Source: Desulfocapsa sulfexigens DSM 10523 (GTDB lineage Bacteria > Desulfobacterota > Desulfobulbia > Desulfobulbales > Desulfocapsaceae). Taken from it: DNA of 32,000 nt. This document shows, piece after piece, positions 28,109-32,000 of this stretch; the stretch's first letter is position 1; each line of letters opens with the position of its first letter. The stretch covers positions 1,590,001-1,622,000 of the forward strand of contig NC_020304.1 of assembly GCF_000341395.1 (NCBI RefSeq), read 5' to 3'. Both the position numbers and the translations under genes were made by a program. The notes beneath the pieces were generated by a model that did not search any database, was not told the origin of the DNA, and was given only the letters and a program-made list of their open reading frames with translations.

Positions 28109-28870
28109 ATGATCACTGTGCCCATTATTGTTTTTCCAATCGGGCTGCTTGTAGCCCTGGTAGCACTTTCATTTAAGATTGTTCCGGAGTATCAGCGTCT
28201 GGTGGTTTTCTTTCTTGGTCGATTTCAGGAAGTTAAACAACCTGGCTTGAGACTGGTTGTCCCCGGGATTCAGCAGATGCGTCGGGTGGATTTACGGGTA
28301 ATCACCATGGATGTGCCAAGTCAGGATGTTATTTCCAGAGATAACGTTACGGTACGTGTTAACGCGGTCCTGTATTTTCGGGTTGTTGATCCGGAAAAAG
28401 CGATTATTCAGGTCGAGGATTACTATAATGCCACCAGTCAACTGGCTCAGACAACTCTGCGCTCGGTACTAGGGCAGCATGATCTTGACGAGATGTTGGT
28501 GGAAAGAGAAAAGATGAATGCGGATCTCCAGCAGATCATCGACAAGCAGTCTGATGCCTGGGGTATTAAAGTCAGTAACGTAGAGATCAAACATGTGGAT
28601 TTGAATGAGAACATGGTGCGTGCCATTGCCAAACAGGCCGAAGCGGAACGGGAACGGCGGGCAAAGATAATCCACGCGGAGGGAGAACTGCAGGCCTCTG
28701 AGAAACTCCTGGCAGCTGCAAATGTCATCTCGCAGAATCCGCAGGCCCTGCAGCTCAGATATCTGCAGACTCTCAATGATATCTCCAACGAGAATACCAC
28801 CACTATTGTTTTTCCCTTGCCCATCGAAACAATCAAAGGATTGTTTGAGAAGGCACCGGTAAAGTTTTGA
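28109..28870 (+). CDS. Slipin / SPFH (stomatin-like) protein
   Basis: [84 protein letters not shown]. Confidence 0.95.
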   Translation: MITVPIIVFPIGLLVALVALSFKIVPEYQRLVVFFLGRFQEVKQPGLRLVVPGIQQMRRVDLRVITMDVPSQDVISRDNVTVRVNAVLYFRVVDPEKAIIQVEDYYNATSQLAQTTLRSVLGQHDLDEMLVEREKMNADLQQIIDKQSDAWGIKVSNVEIKHVDLNENMVRAIAKQAEAERERRAKIIHAEGELQASEKLLAAANVISQNPQALQLRYLQTLNDISNENTTTIVFPLPIETIKGLFEKAPVKF

Positions 28871-28956
28871 TGTATTCTTGAAGATAAAAGTTTCCTGAAA
28901 CGGGAAATGATGAGTCACGTTTTGACAGAAAAAAACAGAGAGCGGATAGGGCGTAT

Positions 28957-29328
28957 ATGACACTGGATCATAAAAAGCTTGCGGTTATTCACATCGTCAA
29001 GCGGGAGTTGGACCTGAGTGATGACGATTATCGGGATATTCTGGAGCGTGAGACTGGTGTCCGCTCAGCAAAAGATCTGGATGAGAAGGGGTTCAGGCGT
29101 TTGATGCGTGCCTTTGCAGCAAGTGGTTACTATCGTATCAACAAGCACGGTCTTACGCTGCGACAGAAAATGTATATTGGCCACCTGGCCGACGATCTAG
29201 GCTGGGATGAAGAACACCTGAAAAACTTTTTGAACAAATATTACCATAAGCAAGAGATCGAAAGGCTGACAAAGGGGGAGGCGAGTAAAGTGATTGAGTC
29301 ACTAAAGAATATACTTAAACGTGAATGA
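28957..29328 (+). CDS. GemA/DUF1018-family protein (phage Mu gp16-like)
   Basis: LAVIHIVKRELDLSDDDYRDILERETGVRSAKDLDEKGFRRLMRAF...LTLRQKMYIGHLADDLGW...IERLTKGEASKVIESLKNIL follows the GemA/DUF1018 layout. Confidence 0.78.
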   Translation: MTLDHKKLAVIHIVKRELDLSDDDYRDILERETGVRSAKDLDEKGFRRLMRAFAASGYYRINKHGLTLRQKMYIGHLADDLGWDEEHLKNFLNKYYHKQEIERLTKGEASKVIESLKNILKRE

Positions 29329-29362
29329 GCAGGTATCTATCTTTTTTATAACAGGAAATTGA

Positions 29363-30007
29363 ATGAATAATCGACTGCAGGAACTACTGGCTAAACTGAA
29401 GCAGCTTGAAGAAGAACTGCTCATTGAACTGCAAAAAAAAGAACAGGAGTATTTTTACGAGATCCATAATAAAAAGGTTCTTTTTAAACGGGAAGTCAGA
29501 GAGAAAAACAGACGTCTTGCCAAGACTATCCGGCGCTATCTTGGTGATGCCTCCCTTCTAAACATACTTACGGTACCGATAATATGGGCTTGTCTGGTTC
29601 CAGCCCTGTTCATGGATCTGGTGGTTTCTCTCTTTCAGCTGAGCTGTTTCCCTATCTATTCCATTCCCAGGGTCAGGCGCAGTGATTACTTTATAGTTGA
29701 TCGTCAATATTTAAGTTATCTGAATGTGATTGAAAAAATTAACTGTTGCTACTGTGGCTATTTCAACGGACTGATAGGATATGTTCAGGAAATAGCTGCT
29801 AGAACAGAACAATACTGGTGTCCTATAAAGCATGCACAACGAGGGAAAGTGCAGCATAGCCGTTATGAAAAATTTCTGGATTACGGTGATGCCATGGGGT
29901 TTCGAGAGAGAAACAGTGTAATCCGCAGGGCTTTTGATGACCTTGATACCACGCAATCAGACAAAAATGACGGAGAGAAACACGGTGCTCAGCCCGGCGA
30001 AAAATAA
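29363..30007 (+). CDS. Conserved hypothetical membrane protein
   Basis: Coiled-coil N-terminus, one or two TM segments, and the segment INCCYCGYFNGLIGYVQEIAARTEQYWCPIKHAQRG. Confidence 0.72.
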   Translation: MNNRLQELLAKLKQLEEELLIELQKKEQEYFYEIHNKKVLFKREVREKNRRLAKTIRRYLGDASLLNILTVPIIWACLVPALFMDLVVSLFQLSCFPIYSIPRVRRSDYFIVDRQYLSYLNVIEKINCCYCGYFNGLIGYVQEIAARTEQYWCPIKHAQRGKVQHSRYEKFLDYGDAMGFRERNSVIRRAFDDLDTTQSDKNDGEKHGAQPGEK

Positions 30008-32000
30008 AAGAGTAATTTTCTTTTTGATCCTGCTGTTGCTGATGTTTGGCAATTGGCTGTCCAATGGCTTATCACAACCATTGCAGGAGGTGAAAATCGG
30101 TGTACTGGCCAAGCGGGGTCCTGAAATAGCTCTTAAAAAATGGTCGGCAACGGCGGATTACCTGTCCCAGGCACTTCCTGGGTATCGTTTTCAGATTGCA
30201 GCCCTTGATTTTACGGAAATCCATGCAGCTGTTCAAGAAGGAACAATTGACTTTGTGCTCGCCAACTCGGCATTTTATGTGGAACTGGAAAAATTGTATG
30301 GGGTCAAGCGGATAGCAACTCTTCTCAACCAGGACAGCTCCGGTCGGCAGACCACCATGTTTGGCGGGGTAATCCTGGCCCGCTCTGACAGAGAGGATAT
30401 CCGGGAAATTCGGGATCTGAAAGGGAAAAGCTTTATGGCCGTGGAGCAGCGTTCTTTTGGGGGCTGGATCATGTGCTGGCGGGAGCTGCATCGAATGGGG
30501 CTTGAGCCGGAAAAATTTTTCTCCTCACTGCAATTTGGCCAGACTCATGATGCTGTTGTGGCGGCAGTTCAAAGGGGAGACGTCGATGGAGGTACTGTCC
30601 GGACTGACACTCTGGAGCGGATGGCTGAAGGGGGTGATATCAATCTGGATGATTTTCATATTCTCAATGAGCAGCAGGTGGAAAACTTTCCTTTCAGGAT
30701 AAGTACTTCTCTTTACCCCGAATGGCCCTTCGCGGCCGTGAAAGACACTTCTCTTGACCTGGCTCGCCAGGTTGCCTCGGCTTTACTGGCTATGAAGGCA
30801 GATGCCCCGGCAGCCATTGCAGGAAAAAGTGCCGGCTGGACCGTGGCACTGAATTACCAGCCCGTTCACGATTGCCTTATGGAGCTACGTATAGGACCCT
30901 ATTCGGATTTTGGTTATTTCAGCTTTTATGATGTAGTGAAAAAGTACTGGCTGCAGCTTGTTCTTCTGTTCCTTTCTTTTACCATTGTTGTATTGACTTC
31001 TCTTTATATTCTCCGGCTCAATCGGAGGATCAGGCAGAAGAAAGAGGAAGTTGATGAGTTGAACAGAACTCTTGAGGCTAAGGTCCTGGAACGTACCAGA
31101 AAGGTAAACAGCCTTCTTGACCAGGAACTGTACCTTCGTGAAATAATGGAAACAATCGCTGAGGTGAATGGCCTCCTTATCTCAGCAACAGATATGGATA
31201 TGCTGTTACAGGAGGCTTGCCGGGTAATGGGGGAACATGGGCATTACGCCTATAGCTGGATCGGTTTGTTGGAAAACAATGTGGTGAGCAGAGTTTTTAC
31301 CAGCGATGACTCTGTCAGGTTTCCGAGTGATCCTCCTTATGATCCGATGGATACCGAGGATTCTTTTTCATTAACACCCGCTGCGCATTGTATGGCAAAG
31401 AACCAAACGGTGGTTGTGCGACAGAGCAGTACTGTCAGTACTGTTTCTCCCTGGCTGGATCTGGCTGAAGTTACGGAATATCAATCTGTTATCTCTTTGC
31501 CTCTTCGTGCCGATCAGTACAGCTCACCGTTGGGTGCTTTCAGTGTTTACACTCTGCGACTGGAGGGGTTTGAAGAGGAAGAAATTGCCATGCTCGAGGA
31601 GCTCGCCGGTGATATCGGTTTTGCTATCAATGCCTTCAGACAGAAAGAGCAGGTCGCAAAGCTAGAGAGAGAACGCACTGAAAATTACGAAGAGACTATT
31701 CTCTCCTTTGCCAATATTATTGATCACAGAGACACTTATACTGCCGGACATACCACACGGGTAGCCCATTACTGTAAGCTGCTCGCCAGGGAAATGGGCC
31801 TTGGAGAAGAAGAAACAGGGATCCTGCAAAAGGCAGCCGTTCTTCATGATATTGGTAAAATTGCCACGCCGGATAGTGTTCTGCTTAAACCCGGTAAGCT
31901 TTCCGACCTGGACTATGATCTTATTAAGCTCCATGCGCTGGCAGGATATGAGATACTCTCGGGTATCGGGATGTATGAAGATCTGGCAGTGATCATACGG
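29967..32000 (+). CDS. PhnD-like periplasmic binding domain / GAF / HD-GYP signalling protein, 3'-truncated by the window edge
   Basis: Frame opened by ATG at 29967 (MTERNTVLSPAKNKRVIFF...) and open to base 32000, absent from the ORF track because it has no stop. PhnD-like KIGVLAKRGPEIALKKWSATADYLSQALPGYRFQ..., TM, coiled coil, GAF-like region, HD-GYP start HRDTYTAGHTTRVAHYCKLLA...AAVLHDIGKIATPD. Confidence 0.9.
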   Translation, partial: MTERNTVLSPAKNKRVIFFLILLLLMFGNWLSNGLSQPLQEVKIGVLAKRGPEIALKKWSATADYLSQALPGYRFQIAALDFTEIHAAVQEGTIDFVLANSAFYVELEKLYGVKRIATLLNQDSSGRQTTMFGGVILARSDREDIREIRDLKGKSFMAVEQRSFGGWIMCWRELHRMGLEPEKFFSSLQFGQTHDAVVAAVQRGDVDGGTVRTDTLERMAEGGDINLDDFHILNEQQVENFPFRISTSLYPEWPFAAVKDTSLDLARQVASALLAMKADAPAAIAGKSAGWTVALNYQPVHDCLMELRIGPYSDFGYFSFYDVVKKYWLQLVLLFLSFTIVVLTSLYILRLNRRIRQKKEEVDELNRTLEAKVLERTRKVNSLLDQELYLREIMETIAEVNGLLISATDMDMLLQEACRVMGEHGHYAYSWIGLLENNVVSRVFTSDDSVRFPSDPPYDPMDTEDSFSLTPAAHCMAKNQTVVVRQSSTVSTVSPWLDLAEVTEYQSVISLPLRADQYSSPLGAFSVYTLRLEGFEEEEIAMLEELAGDIGFAINAFRQKEQVAKLERERTENYEETILSFANIIDHRDTYTAGHTTRVAHYCKLLAREMGLGEEETGILQKAAVLHDIGKIATPDSVLLKPGKLSDLDYDLIKLHALAGYEILSGIGMYEDLAVIIR

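Noticed and set aside
28447-28963. Minus-strand ORFs over the slipin gene
   Set aside because: Shadow ORFs antisense to a confident SPFH-domain CDS.
1-32000. CRISPR arrays, tRNA/rRNA genes, intact transposases or integrases
   Set aside because: I scanned by eye for regular direct repeats, cloverleaf-like segments and transposase or integrase motifs and found none convincing. The degraded region at 3498-3850 has an integrase-like 'TTEIYA' string, but it is too short to assign.

Overview
This is a compact bacterial chromosomal window. The gene content (W/Mo aldehyde:ferredoxin oxidoreductase, TRAP-TatT, NicO-type Ni/Co transporter, HD-GYP) is suggestive of a deltaproteobacterial or Desulfobulbales-like host, but that is inference. 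Left to right it carries: a GGDEF-EAL gene cut by the left edge; a NicO-type Ni/Co transporter with an EF-hand-like periplasmic loop; a 2Fe-2S ferredoxin-domain protein; an AT-rich patch with a stand-alone RelA/SpoT-domain protein and decayed coding remnants; an HlyD/ABC ATPase/ABC-2 permease exporter operon; an AOR / class II aldolase / small-protein operon; surE with a UPF0462 (C4orf33-like) gene; a zinc-ribbon membrane protein; an unknown secreted or membrane protein; a short alpha/beta hydrolase; a DMT permease; msrA; a hybrid histidine kinase; rsgA; a CMD-fold protein beside ftsH; a TatT-DctP-DctQ-DctM TRAP module running directly into NfeD-slipin; an orphan GemA/DUF1018 protein; and a PhnD-like/GAF/HD-GYP gene cut by the right edge. 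I found no CRISPR array, tRNA, rRNA or recognisable multi-gene defence system. The best second-look items are the stand-alone alarmone-synthetase-like gene in its AT-rich, decayed setting, a near-perfect 27-bp inverted repeat with a nested hairpin at 15253-15359, small ORFs immediately upstream of the AOR gene, and the orphan GemA-like gene.
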